A stretch of 63,904 nt of DNA, filler included, from Bigelowiella natans CCMP2755 (Eukaryota > Protista > Cercozoa), in the NCBI GenBank assembly GCA_000320545.1. It is 9 parts of 9 records of this genome, joined end to end, with 100 filler letters (N's around TTAATTAATTAA, not from the genome) between each part and the next. Parts side by side here need not be neighbours in the genome. Positions count along the whole stretch, not along the records: positions 1 to 9,380 come from ADNK01000075.1; positions 9,481 to 19,226 come from ADNK01002284.1; 7 more parts are not named here. The stretch is one strand, 5' to 3'. The position numbers and the translations under genes were made by a program. The notes beneath the pieces are model-generated. The model saw nothing but the letters and a program-made list of their open reading frames with translations. It did no database searches and was not told the origin of the DNA. Of the stretch, positions 1-13,572 are shown in pieces (position 1 is the stretch's first letter; every line of letters begins with the position of its first letter).

Positions 1-589
1 CCAAAATGCCCCCCCCCCTCCCCCTCTCTCTTTCTCTCTCTCCATACTGCTCGTTGCGAAACCGCATCATGGTGTGTAGGGAGACGTGAAGGTTACTACC
101 TCGCTCTCCAGTCGGAAGGATCTTATAAGTGCAAAGAAGCAAACAAAACAGCAGTATTTTCATATGGTGCATGTGCATATGTATAATATGTATTTTCCCA
201 AAGCTGGCGCACTCATCATGGGTGAGCACCCAATTGTACGAGCGGCAAATCTCACACGTGAAACGAAGGAATTAGCAGATTTTTTTGGTTTCCCCCCGAT
301 TTCGCTCTTACCAGCGATTTATGGATCATGGAGGGGGGTGGGGTGAACGTCGCACAGCAAGGACACTACTACTACAACAACAACAAACTACAACTACTGC
401 TACTACTACTACTACTACCGCCTATATCTTGCGTGATTCGAACAAATTGCCTAGAGCTCGTCCATGACTGCAGCTTGCTTTTGCTGTTTTGCTGATGAGC
501 CAAACGATTAATATTTTCATGTAATAAACCCTTGTTAATTGCACACTGGTACTGACCCTCCCCCTCCCTCCTCTCCTTCTTCATCTTCA

Positions 590-1418
590 AGTCTCTTTAA
601 ACACCACGCGTAACATCTAGGTATGCTGTGCACGTTCCGATGATAAACCCAGGTTCTTTCACCCTCGCTCCCCCCCCACTGAGAGCCTACCGATTTTTCC
701 AATACTAGTCTCCGCCGCATTCTATGAAAAGACCATACATCAAATAAATGCTCATGTTATCGATAGTTTTCTCTCCCTTCCCTCCCCCCCCCCCCTTTCC
801 TATATTGCCGATGACTTTCTTCTCAGAAGCCGCTTCGACTTGGTACTCATCCACAGCTTGACATCTGCCGACACCCCTGCGGAGGAGGAAGAGGAGGGGA
901 GGGGAGGGGAAGGAGAATAGTATTAGAAAATATGAGGCAGGGCGGGTAGAGACGGAGAACACTTCATAACCTTAAAAAAACAGAAAATCAAAGGCTTATG
1001 CAATGAGTTAAACCTGCTACTTAGCGCAACACCATCACACCCCCACCCCTCCTCCTTCCCCGTCCCCCATTACCGAACGGAGACGATGTTATCGAAGATG
1101 AAGACTGGGTGCGGGATGGAAAGGTGCGATTGCTCCGTTGCCGCAAATCTCTGCGACTGTCAGAGCTGCTCTTATCATGGCTAGAATGAGAAGAGGTAGC
1201 ATCTTTGACAGCAAGCGTGCGCCGTGGCATGTGCTGGTGCGTCTGCTCCTGTTGTTTATCATCGTCAGTTGTTGAAGGCGTGATGGAAGAATCGGTCGTG
1301 TATGTGGAGAGATCGAAGAGCTGGCCTGCAATTATTAGACATGTTGTGTGAGGGGAGGAACTACACGTCGTCTCTCGCAGGTTTGAATCCTATTTTCTCA
1401 CCTCCGCCTCGCCCCGCC

Positions 1419-1496
<78 letters not shown>

Positions 1497-1962
1497 CACA
1501 ATCCTTATTTTTTTTTCTCGAAAAGATTTTCAGGGCTAACATTTGGAGCTTTGACCCCCTTCATCATCATTTAACCGTCCTGCATCCCCCCCCCCCTTCC
1601 CCCTTCCCTATTCCGTAAACATTACTACATATCTACCGCTGTTGTCGAACGGGTTCTGGTTCTCCATGAATCTGAACGCAGGAGAGGAGAAGAGAGGGGA
1701 CAGCATATCAACCCAAATTTGGCCTGCATCGAATTTTTTTGAGGGGAGCAAAAACAACCTGATGAAGGAGCGGGGGCCATAGGTATGGAACGCCCTTCGG
1801 CGCGGCCGAGGAGAGACTTCGTCTCGTGCAGGCCTTCGAGGCGACGGGGTATCTCTCGATGATGAGTCAATGAAGCTTCCATGCGAACGTTGCTTCTTTT
1901 GCTCCAGATCAAACTCTTGGATGTTATCCAAAGTACCATAGCTCGGCTGAAAACTGTGAGGA

Positions 1963-2005
<43 letters not shown>

Positions 2006-2030
2006 AAATTCTGTAGCATGCATATTTTCC

Positions 2031-2119
<89 letters not shown>

Positions 2120-2172
2120 TTGTACCTATGTTTCCTATTATATTTTCTTTTGGAAGAGAGGGAAAGAGAGAG

Positions 2173-2211
<39 letters not shown>

Positions 2212-3540
2212 AAACGAAGAATGCACATGACACGGGCAATGGGGAGCACCTTATACTCCGAGTTATGAGCTGAAAGCTGGAGATTACAATCGACATGAAA
2301 GGTAATCATTGTCAAACGTATATTTGTGATTCACTCGCACACAGGCGCCACGCATACATCTACATCCCTGACGCTCTCCTCTCCAGGCCCCACCTTCGCT
2401 TCTTCTCCTCCCCGTATTTTTTCCGATCCTGCCTGGCCAGTATTCTCTTGAGGAACGCATAGTTGATGTAGTAGTCCCTCCAGTCCTCGACGATCATACT
2501 TTCGATCTGAGAGGGGGGAAGCGGAAGGAGGTTTGTTAGCCTGCTGAATCATCCACCCTGAAGAAGATTACACAGTTCCGATACCTGGATAGTGAGGCCT
2601 TTAATAATCTGCTCATCCTCATCTTTGAAAGACCCTGCCCCCTGGAAGGAACGTGCACATTTTAATACTAACGCTGCAAGGATGGGGGAGGCTTTTCCAT
2701 CATCATCATCATCATCATCATCATCGTCGTCGTAATCAACCGGTGATTTCGGTATCGAAACGCAGCAAGGAAACATAGCTTCCGTCGCCTGTCGATCTCA
2801 GGGCCGAGATAGTCCCCTCGACGGGGCGAGGAGGGGAGGGGAGGGGGGGCGACGGTCCCGAAAGGCACAAATCAGAGAGAATCCACGATCCTGACGATAT
2901 CCATGGATATTCTCCGTACTCACGATTTGCAGAACCGGAAGTTTTCAAAAAAATAGAGCATTCGTCTGAAAGCGACAACCGCATTGATTCAGTCGCATTG
3001 GGAAAAACGCATGGAAATGCCTCGAACTCAACGGCTTTATTTAACGTTCCAGGAGAAAGCGACCGGTGGTGAATCCGCCTATATTTCTAGGTTTAAATCG
3101 GCTGAAAACCTTGTCGCACGTCGCTGAACGGGAGTCAGGGGAAAATGGCTGTCGGCCGTCGTGTCGGCCTGCAGCTACCGGGGGCTCTGCTGCGTCGCCT
3201 GGTCCACGAAGGCCTCGCTGGTAAAAACTGTAGACTGTAGAAGAAAAATAGACCGTTCTTCGCATAAAATTTACGTGGGCGATGTCGGTTGGAGAGGGGG
3301 GTCGGCATAGTTTGGAGAGGAGAGGCATAGACGCTTGCTTTCCTATCAGGACGTACGCGGCAATCCTTTTTAAGTGCCCGAGCGCTCTTCTCCTCAACAT
3401 CGAGAGGTAAGCTAGCCTTCGAAGATCTATTTGGGAATAAGATTCTGATCGACTGCGAACACAACGAATCAGCAGAGATTGGTAGCTCAGCAGGGCCGTA
3501 CTTTCTTTGCAACCTCCAGGACGTCAAAGACAATGAGGTC
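590..3540 (-). CDS. Multi-exon hypothetical protein; boundaries approximate
   Basis: Exon-like open segments (e.g. [59 protein letters not shown]) separated by microsatellite introns with GT/AG ends on the minus strand; no family recognised. Confidence 0.45.
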
Positions 3541-3901
3541 GAGCATCAAAACCGCTATATGTAATCACCACTGAAACAACACCGAGATGACCGCACCCAT
3601 GACTTATATTCCATGACTCAATGCTTAGGCGAAAGGCATTGAAGTCCCTTTCATTCGTGTGAAGCATTTCTTATCCCCCGAGTCCACGAAACTGTCGGTG
3701 ATCGACCCGTCTCTTGTTCGTGTACGCGATGTTCTGCCCTGCAAGGGCACATCTCTCGTTTTCCCTCTCTTCATGACCATGATATTGATGTTCAAAATGA
3801 TGCCCTGAAACGATGGGAACGATGGCGTCGGTCAGGCTTGTCGAGGTTTTGAAAGTTTGATTTGAAACAAATACGTATATTTAAATATATGCGAAATGAA
3901 G

Positions 3902-4456
3902 GTTGAAAAGAAAGAAGGACCCCGAGGAGGAGGTTTCAGTTCCGCTAATCGTGGCAAGGAAAGGGGCGGTAGCATATGGCTACATCAACAAATGCCCACA
4001 CGCCCGCCTACCGTTAGAATGGTTTCCTGACCGCTTTATGAGGTTGTCTTTGACGTAGAAAAGTACACTGAGAATTACAGGAAATATAGCCTATACTGAG
4101 TTTTTCTGAATACTTTAATATTACATCCAATCGGTGATTGCCGGTGTTTCAGCGAAGACAACGAATTCTTGCAGTGCTCGAGTCACGGTGCGCTTTTTGA
4201 GGTCGAAACTGGTCTCTGCGTCGGCGGACCTTGTGTCGGAAAGTAAGATACTAAGGCGATGATGATGTAATCTGAAGTATTTGTCAAGCGAGACGCGCAT
4301 TTAAATGGACATAAATACCCATTTTGTTTGTTTGTAAATTAGTGTATGATCTAGATGAATCTTTTTACATTTTATACGTGCAGATCCTTGATGAGATTAC
4401 CTCTCACCGTTAACGATGGGGAGGAAGTGTTTCTGGAAGCAAAAACCGACGGCTAG
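3902..4456 (+). CDS. Rieske [2Fe-2S] ferredoxin-like protein; exons ~3902-4042, 4153-4242, 4384-4456; 5' exon(s) upstream and unresolved
   Basis: Spliced translation ...AYGYINKCPHARLPLEWFPDRFMSEDNEFLQCSSHGALFEVETGLCVGGPCVGKSLMRLPLTV...DG* with Rieske CxH and CxxH ligand boxes; two canonical GT-AG introns in consistent phase. Missed by the ORF track. Confidence 0.9.
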
Positions 4457-4479
4457 CTAATGATAGTGGCGTCATTATT

Positions 4480-5050
4480 TTTACTAATAACCATATGCAC
4501 GTACCGCTATACGTCGCCGCCACAGCACATCTACTAGATCTAGAGCTCTAGCTAGCTAGCTTAGAGCATGCCTCGTGCAAATGCCTTGTCATAATGACAA
4601 AGATGCTGTGTCTTTACTTCCCGGCAAGTTTGTATGTGGGCCTCGCTCAGCAAATGAGCTAGAGAGCACAACAAACAGCCAAACTAACAACAGCAAATAA
4701 GTAACGTACAACCTACTCTAGTACTAGCGCATCATCGGACTATTTCTAGCTAGATCTAGTTATCTAAGCTGTGCAAAAGCCAAATGCAAAGTGTCCATCA
4801 TACCCCTATCTAGCTATTCAGTTATTATGTTAGCCAAATCATCATCACGTATAGCGACCGCTGCATCAAGCGCAAAAACGACTGGATATCTAATAATTAA
4901 CTTCGGCGCTGCTAGGCTGCTACGCACGGCTAGATAGGCTTATTTTGGCGGTTTAGATATACCGCATATGTACTACGGTATTGCAGCCGCATACACATGA
5001 GCGTAGTACATTTGCAAAATGCATAAGCAAAGAGTATTTTTGTTTACTCG
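4480..5050. repeat. CTAG/TAGCTA-rich degenerate intergenic repeat relic between convergent genes
   Basis: Dense CTAG, GCTAGC, TACG and GCGC short palindromes; no long ORFs; composition similar to 33120-34270. Confidence 0.45.
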
Positions 5051-5099
5051 CGTTACTTCCAATCACCATTATCATTTTAACAAGAAAAGGGTATGGGAC

Positions 5100-5727
5100 G
5101 CCACGAGCGAGGCCCTGATGCGACCGTGAGGGCAGCGAATAGAAACACCGGCTGCTGTCTTTATGTCATGCGTGCCTTGGAACGATGAGGCTATCTGCTC
5201 AAGATATCATGCAGCCGCAGTCCGCTTTCCTGTAAAGAATAAAACCTCACTTGCGTCCATCAACCAGAGCAAATCACGCACGTGTTCTTTCCAATCAAAC
5301 CAAATACAGCACACACTTCCGCCTTTAGGCATTTTTAATTTGAGAAGGCAAATAGCATTAATCGAAGCTTTCGTTCCTACCTCGTAGGAATCGTCCTTTA
5401 TTCGGTGGCGAGGAGAGCGTGGGGCGGGCCAACAAGCGATCGATAGAGCAATCACAAGCATATGTAATAGTCAAAACTAGCACCGGTGCCATGAGATTAA
5501 AGGGGGGGGGGGGGGGATGCTATTCGGTCGTACTAGGGTGTGTTCTTCGATATTGTCAATTGTTTGAGGGAAATTTGTTTCAGACGTCATCGTTATGCCA
5601 CAACGCGCACGCCTCAATATCGGTCAATTCTGTACTCACTTGCCATTGAAGAGCATCGAAAATTTCGCAGCTGCTCGGACATCCTCCTCAACCCAATTCA
5701 CCTTGCGCATTTCCCCTTTGTACCTTT

Positions 5728-5769
<42 letters not shown>

Positions 5770-6214
5770 TATAAATATTTAATATCAATTAACATATATT
5801 GCACGTTGGCGGCCATGCTGAAGCATGTAAGGATTGGTTGCATGCAATCGCGCGCACTCGCCGAGCGACATCTTTTTACCATTTCTCGACGTCTTGGCCA
5901 TAGAAGGGCGACCCTAGCACCGCACATTGCCCAACAGGGGTGATGATGCTGCATCCGTGCCGCAAATCTGACATATCCGCGACGAACCTTGCGAGTAATC
6001 AAAACAAGGTTGAAAAAGCACCCAATGTCTCCGATCTACACAGGTATGGGCTGAGCTGCGCCGTCGCTACTTTAAGACAAAAACTACTGCGTCAGCTGCC
6101 TTGAAATAATAGTAGTAGTAATAGTAATAATTATACCGGAGCGAGATATTAGAGCTCGATGCACTTAGGTCGTCGAGGCTCTTTATCTTCCTCTGTAAGT
6201 CAAGTAAAGGGAAG

Positions 6215-6262
<48 letters not shown>

Positions 6263-6826
6263 AAAGGCCATTGTTTTATTTCATAGCTACTACTACTACC
6301 ACAACAACTACTACTACTGCTGCTACTAAATCCATTTTCATTTCTTTCAGAATAGCTGACCTGGCAAGGAGTGTTCGTGTCGCCCCCTGTCGGTAGCGAA
6401 GGCAGGTCAAAACCTGTACCCGGGGACATCTTGAGAGCCGTCGTAAACTTATTTGGAAATGTTGTAGGATGGAGATGGCCCTGCGAGAAATGAATATCCA
6501 ATACAATTCGTTTGCGTGTTGCGTGAGCGCGCGTGTCTGCGCGCGTGTGTCAATGTGTGCGTGCATCTTGGGGGATCAATTTTGATAACAATAACGCTTA
6601 TTGGAAGCCACGCTCAAACGTATAACTGACCCACTGCCTGTTAGAGTAGCCTTTGAGCTGCCTTAGGCCCCGGAATATTGCCGTCCCGAGTACAGCGTTT
6701 AGGCCTTCGTAAGTAACAATTGAATATATGCTTTTTCTTAGCGGTCTTATTTATAGAGATGCGGCTAGCGCTCATTTTATGAATCGAGGAGGCGGTTGAT
6801 GACATCATATATATATACAGTATTAT

Positions 6827-6873
<47 letters not shown>

Positions 6874-7320
6874 GTGGTATAAAACATGTGAAATATTTAT
6901 GCTGCTGCAAATGGCAACGCACACTGAACGCACCCCCTCCAGCGGCAATCCAGTAGCTTTTCTTCGGAGAGCGCAGCATTCGAAGCACATTGATGTGTAG
7001 CACACCTGCAAAAGATATTACCAGGCCGCGCAGGGCCAGGCACATCAAACACGCCGTGTTTGGGATTTTTGCGTGACGTTCGTATCAGATCTATTGCTAT
7101 TGCTTATCACCCTGGAATTCGTTGATGAGCTTCAATACGCAGGCAAGATCGAACGAAGCTCCTGATTGGTGGAAAGGGGGGTAGAGACGGCGGAGATGTT
7201 GGGGACGATTGCTCGTTAGAAGGAAGAATGGCCGGATGATGAAACATCAAAGACTGCTCGAAAAGTGACGCATCCAGGCCTAAAAGTGCATTCATTCCGG
7301 CATATTATCGTGTTCTTTGT

Positions 7321-7391
<71 letters not shown>

Positions 7392-7464
7392 AGGGTTCTA
7401 TACCGCCGATGATGTCAACGAGCATCTGCGCGACTGTTTCGAAGTCTGTATTAGAAAACACACA

Positions 7465-7507
<43 letters not shown>

Positions 7508-7596
7508 ACACGCACACACGCACACACCACCATGATAAATGCACAGATCAGATCGGAAGGTGATAAAACAAAGCAACGCCAATGTCTTACCATCAA

Positions 7597-7639
<43 letters not shown>

Positions 7640-8425
7640 TTTCTTCTATACATGTTATATGCCATGCAATCCATTTGTTGTGAATGCATCTTCCTTTCAA
7701 TACAATACAATTAACCTTCATTGCCCTTGGCGTCCGCTGCCATCTTCTTGCACCCCTGCCGAACGGCATGAGCACGATTCGAATGAGCGAAGTACCGTTA
7801 CCACCAAAGCACAACACAGCCGCACACACACAACGCTACACGCACATAGCGCTACACGCACACACTGCACACACACGCGCCAAGCTCCAAATTGTGCGCG
7901 AAATCCCAAAAAAAATCGCAAAAGATAAAACAACAAAAACACCGGGAAAAAAGCGAAAAGCAGGCAACCTCCTCGAGAAGAAACTTCACCAGATGCACGT
8001 GGGTGAGGACATACAGCGACGCGGCCTCGCTCTCTGCCGTCAGATCTCCATCAAAACCAGCTAAAGTCTCGAAACCCTCCCCCAGCAGCACGCTGTTCTT
8101 CTTCGCGTCCGCCTCCGGCTCGCCGCAAATCGTGAGCGATTCCGAAGACAGACTTCTGACGATTTTAACGAACTCCTCGGCCGCCACAGAGCTGATAGAT
8201 GTGTGAGCAGTTGGATCTGTCAAGTGCGCGTGTGCGCGTGTGCGCGTGTGCGCGTGTGCGCGTGCGTGTGTGTTTGTAAGATTGATGGGTGGTGGTGGTG
8301 GTGGTGATGGCTCGAGTTGCTCCATCGCGTCCCCCCCCCTCTCTCCCCGTAGCATTACAAAGTGGAGAGCTGTAGACGCTGCATAGCCTTGACGGTGATC
8401 TTCTCTTTTTCCTGAGTAAAGCCAT
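5100..8425 (-). CDS. Multi-exon hypothetical protein; boundaries approximate
   Basis: ATG at 8425 and exon-like segments (SISSVAAEEFVKIVRSLSSESLTICGEPEAD, TDFETVAQMLVDIIGGIEP, VLHINVLRMLRSPKKSYWIAAGGG) between microsatellite introns. Confidence 0.5.
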
Positions 8426-8468
8426 TCATATGGAAATAAAAAGATACAATATCAATATACACACACAC

Positions 8469-8512
<44 letters not shown>

Positions 8513-8783
8513 AATTATACATTTAACTCGATAACTATATGACTCCTCGCCCGACGTGTCCTTTTTCCTTTAGATCTGATTTCCCCCATCACTCTGGCAT
8601 GTTATCTCTCCATACGCATTCCTTTGGTGTGCGCTATTGCGTATTCTCTTTCGTTGTCATCAGCAATCAGCATCATCATCATCATCATCATCTTCTTCTT
8701 CGTCTCCTTTCCTTACTTACTATGCTTTTCTTGAGAGAACGCTCAATCGCCATCGCTCGGTACCCCGCCTTGTGTGCGGATAT

Positions 8784-8823
<40 letters not shown>

Positions 8824-8916
8824 TTACACACGCATAAATTTTCAATTGATCACAGAATATCACTATTCCTCAACCTCGACGCCGATTGCTTTTCCATGCC
8901 CAACAGTCTCTCACAC

Positions 8917-8950
<34 letters not shown>

Positions 8951-9380
8951 GTCCTCACCTTAAACACACTTCCAAGATAATGCTTATATTCCTTATAGTC
9001 CACAGTCTTGTGGTTTGCGCTGATGATGTAACTGAAGAAGGACGGGAAGAAGAGGGGGGGGAGGGCACATTTAGTCTGTCACTATTCAGTATGATAAAAA
9101 TAAACAAATAAAGAGTTCCAACACATCAACTCACGCACGCATACACAAGTACCCATTCTCGGGGTTCAGCGCCTTTGGAAGGTCTTTATGCGGCAGAAAC
9201 TCATCCCAAGAATCATTTCCGGTCCAACCTTTTAGAGGGAACTGAAAGAGGGGGGGGGGGAGAGGAGAAGGAGGGATAGGAGAGGATTTAACGAGATCTG
9301 ACCCTTACAAATATAAATGCTTTGAAGTCTTGGTACCATTGGTGGATTTGACAGAACCAAGCAATCGACCTCGCAGATTC

Positions 9381-9480
9381 NNNNNNNNNNNNNNNNNNNN
9401 NNNNNNNNNNNNNNNNNNNNNNNNTTAATTAATTAANNNNNNNNNNNNNNNNNNNNNNNNNNNNNNNNNNNNNNNNNNNN
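9381..9480. other. Artificial contig spacer N44-TTAATTAATTAA-N44. Identical spacers at 19227-19326, 38698-38797, 44873-44972, 46794-46893, 48199-48298, 51224-51323, 62387-62486
   Basis: Eight identical 100-bp units whose 12-mer gives stop codons in all six frames. Confidence 0.99.
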
Positions 9481-10563
9481 GGGATTGTTCTCCCAGAATG
9501 AGCGGCGTTTGCCCATTCTTATCAGCAGTATGGACTCGATGCCGTAAACAACAAGGCCTATGTCGCACAACAAGCGCATATTCGATCAAGTTGGCGTGCT
9601 TCGGTGACAGAATTTTTTCTATATGCGTGTGTGTGTGGGTGTGTGTGTGTGTATGTGTGCATAGAGAGAGAAGGGGGGGAGGGGGAAGTAGTAATATAAT
9701 CATCCTATTATTAAATCGGAAGATCAAGCATGATAATAATAACAAAAGACTCCTCATCATGTAAAGAGTACTTAGCTTGCTAACTGCTTCACCAAATGGT
9801 TGCATTTGGCTTTACTTCTCTATGCATAAACACATTATAATACACAAACGTATTCCCCCCCCAACCCCCCCCCCCTCCCCCCCCTCCCACGAATAACGGT
9901 TAAATGCCGGACCTCTGCTGTTTTCTCCAATTTGGTCCCCTTTGAATGCAATACGGCAAGATGCAGGGCATTCCTCCCATTAGAATCCAGCATGTTCACT
10001 TTCGCGCCAACAGATAGCAACCTTAACGATGTTATACGCTTTGCTTGAAGCGCCCATTGCGGTAGTATGCGTGTGTGTTTGTGCTGTGCGTGTGTGCTGC
10101 GCGCGCGCGCGCGCGTGTGTGTGTGTGTTTATGAAGGAGGCTTAGGCTAGTTCCCCATTCTGCTGCTCACGCGTTGTTGATATAAAAGATGTACTTCGGT
10201 GACCTCTCGACGAATTTCGAATGTCCTAGCATTGCAGCAATATGTAAGGCTGTTCGCCTAAAGGGGAGGGGGGGGGGGGGGGTGATGCAGATGGAGGGAA
10301 TTTTAATAGGGAGAGAGAGAGGGAGAAAAGTAGTATAGTTTAAAACATTAAAAAAGAAATGGTAATGTTTTCGATAAATCGAGGTCATCTAGCACCTGTT
10401 TCCTTTGTTTTTCTTCTTGTCACGTTCTTGCTTGATCTCACGTGCGCTCTTAGGTTTCTATCGCAGCGTTGGATTAGAAGGGCATCTCAGTTACGACACA
10501 ATCGATAAACATGAAGGATGTGTGCAGTGCGTGTGGAGAAAGATGATCTATAGATGTCTTATG

Positions 10564-10601
<38 letters not shown>

Positions 10602-11059
10602 TGTGTATGTGTGTGTGTGTGTGTGTGAGCATATTCCCATGCGCCTGCGTCGTTCTAGTTTTGTGTAGATTTGTGACAGAAAGAGCATGGTCAAGAAGCT
10701 TGCTGCTACCCCCTTCGCATCGGTCATCTCGATCTCTCCCTCTTTGATGGGAGGGTCAATTTTAATGTCTAAGCACACACAGCACACACAGCACACACAC
10801 AGCACACACAGCACACACACACAGCACACACAGCACACACACAGCACACACAGCACACACACAGGTGGAAACTCACGAGATGTATAAATATGAAGTAGGA
10901 TTGTGTGAAGATTCCATCAGCAAGCATCTTCACAACACTACCTAGATCGATCAAGAGTTTCGAATCGTTTGACACCTCCGATGTTTCTGTATATTCCAGT
11001 AGATACGGGGAGGGGGGACGGGGGGGGGGGATCATACATAGGGCATACATAAACACGCC

Positions 11060-11103
<44 letters not shown>

Positions 11104-12680
11104 CATCTTCGTTGAAATGCGAAGAAGTTGCGAGCAGGACCTCCCATTAGCAATTGGAAGAAGTTGAGCGTATCTTTGTGGCATCTACCAAAATACAGCA
11201 AACACCATCAAGGACAGAAAGAATGAGGGGGGGGGGGGGGGGGGGGGGGGGTAATAATAAATGAATATGTAACTTGAAGATAAAATACAAGAATATTTAA
11301 CAATCCTCCGATGTCTTCTACCATCTCCCTCTTGCCTCCCCCACCGCTATCACGTACGAGTAGGGGATATTCAAGAATCGAGGTGAATATACCGAAGCAG
11401 AGCGTTGAGAACATCCACATTTCCCGTGTGTGCAGCTAGGTGCAAAGGCACCTGAGGAAGCAACGCACACGTGGGAGGAGGAGCAATTCAATGAAGTTGT
11501 GATAAGATCATCGTTCTCTTCGATGCTGCGCGCAGCGGTTCTGTTGCGTGGGAAGGCTATTAGTTTACCCTCCCTCTTCCGTCTGAGAGCGACACATCAG
11601 CCGAATGATTGATCTGAAACCACAACCACAATATAACTCGATAGCCTTTGGAAAAGGAAGAAGATGCAAGCGAGGCATCTGCCAGTAGTTCATCCATCGA
11701 TTGCCCGCCCCCCCCCCTCTCCCTTCGCTTTCAATCCAACCAGCGTGGCGATACTGGGCACTTTTTGATGGGTCACAGCCATATGAAGAAGAGACTCTGC
11801 TTCTTCTCCAAACACCTCGTTAGGATTGAGCCTAGCATACCACGATGAAAGAAGAAGAAGGAGAAGAAGAAGAAGAAGAAGGTGATGATGACGACGATGA
11901 GCAAGAGACACGACCGAAGTTCCCACCACACTTCTCGAGCTATACCCAACGCCATTTAGGATAACAGTTTTCGCTCTCAGCAGCGCATAAGAATAGGATG
12001 TAAATAGTCTTGTAGAAGGGAGTCGGCAGCAGCAAGCAGCAGCACCCGTGCTCGCATAAGATCTCCAACGCCTCTCCAGAGTGCTGCAAGCATGCTTGTT
12101 GAGAAACCGTAATCGCTCCCATTTCCCCGCGGGAATTGACCATGTGCCCGCACACTTTAAGCAGCGCTCGCATCAGCTTCGTATCGCCCTACGAATTTGT
12201 CGTTTTTGGGGGGTTATTTGTTGACACTGTTGTTGCTGAGAGACCGTGAGATAAAGTGCCGTTGCAAGCACGTAGCTGAATAATTGCTCGGAATATTTCC
12301 TTCTACCTTATCAAGGGCCTCCAGGAAAAACTCTTCATCGCGCTCGAGCAGAATGTCTTTATCAGGGTATATGTATTCTTCCTGAATAATATGTTTGCAG
12401 TCGACGATATTACAATAGGATGAATAGCCCGCAGTGTGCATTGTTGCAGGCAGCGTGCGCGCAGCTACTGGCTCAATTACCTTTTCCTCTGGGCCCTCTC
12501 CATCGAATTGCACTGCAATCGGCCAGCTATCGTCTTTACCTTCCTCTGATGTGTTGAATGATCATGTTGACAATGATGCTTAGATGAAATGATTCTTTCA
12601 TACTCTGCCCCTCTCCACCTAGCACCTTCTTTCTTCTTGTCGCCAACTTTTACGATTTTGCCATAATCCCAGCCATCCTA
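9481..12680 (-). CDS. Ankyrin-repeat protein with central hydrophobic segments; 3' end truncated by contig edge
   Basis: Ankyrin motifs GEEAESLLHMAV, RTALHIAAMLGH, VNMLDSNGRNALHLAV, VHTADKNGQTPLIL; hydrophobic exons MWMFSTLCFGIFTSILEYPLL, GGLLNILVFYLQ, GIFTQSYFIFIHLVSF. Confidence 0.8.
10772..10862. repeat. Intronic tandem repeat (GCACACACA-like units)
   Basis: About nine tandem 9-13 bp units seen directly. Confidence 0.9.
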
Positions 12681-13162
12681 TTCCAGAAGAATGAGTTAGT
12701 AAATCGTGCTTCATTGGGGTGTAGTTCTGATAAAACGAGCCCTTCCCCCAATATTCGCACCTCGAACAGGACACGAAGTCTCAAGCCCAGAGACGGGGCA
12801 GACGCCATTGTCGAATTGTGTGGGCCGAAAATCTAATGGAATCAACTTTTTAATCATTGTCGCAAATAAATTTCGCACTGTAATTTGATTCTTTCCTTCC
12901 TTGGATACGGGATCGGAGAAACATCTGAAGAATATTTGTCCGAGTACAAGCTTCCAAAAAAACCAAAACTAGATTCATTTCAAGTTTGCGACAAGGGCAT
13001 TGGCTTGGGATTTAGGCGACTAGTCTTTATATGTAAAACTCTCCCGACATGATGATCATAAGTTTGCGATTTTACATGAGCGACAATATTTTTTTTATTG
13101 TCTTTGGGAAGAACCCAGGGCAATCCCATTCACGTTCGTTGCCTTTTGGACGGGAGTACGAG

Positions 13163-13530
13163 ATGGGCATGGGGGAGACGACTTCCGTCCTCCCCCCGCC
13201 CTCAAGAAGTTCAGTTGCGGGACAGAAACACGATAAAAATATAGAAATGGGAGGTGGATATGAACTCATTCAAACTTTGACGACTACAACTACTTCGAGC
13301 TGCATAGAATGCCTTGCGTTTTCGCACGATGGGGAGCTCCTTGCTTCTGGCATTCGAGAGTCGGACGAACACCGATTCTCCAATGAGATGATTACGCTGT
13401 GGAAGTGGAAGCCCGAGCAACATCGGTTCGATATTCTCTACTTTCGTTCGTATTTTCTCTAAATATTTGAGCTAATGCTGCCGTGCGTACGTACGCAACA
13501 ACCAAGCCTTGATTTCCTCCTGTAAGATTG

Positions 13531-13572
<42 letters not shown>

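Noticed and set aside
1608-2230. ORF-track proteins with YIYIYI, SLSLSL, HTHTHT or ERERER runs (here and throughout)
   Set aside because: Translations of intronic microsatellites, not genes.
9425-9436. Recurrent TTAATTAATTAA motif flanked by N runs
   Set aside because: Artificial six-frame-stop linker. Gene neighbourhoods across it, such as FIST gene next to virus or XRN2 next to SIR2, are not real.
10772-10862. Tandem repeat considered as a CRISPR-like array
   Set aside because: No unique spacers; simple intronic minisatellite in a eukaryotic gene.
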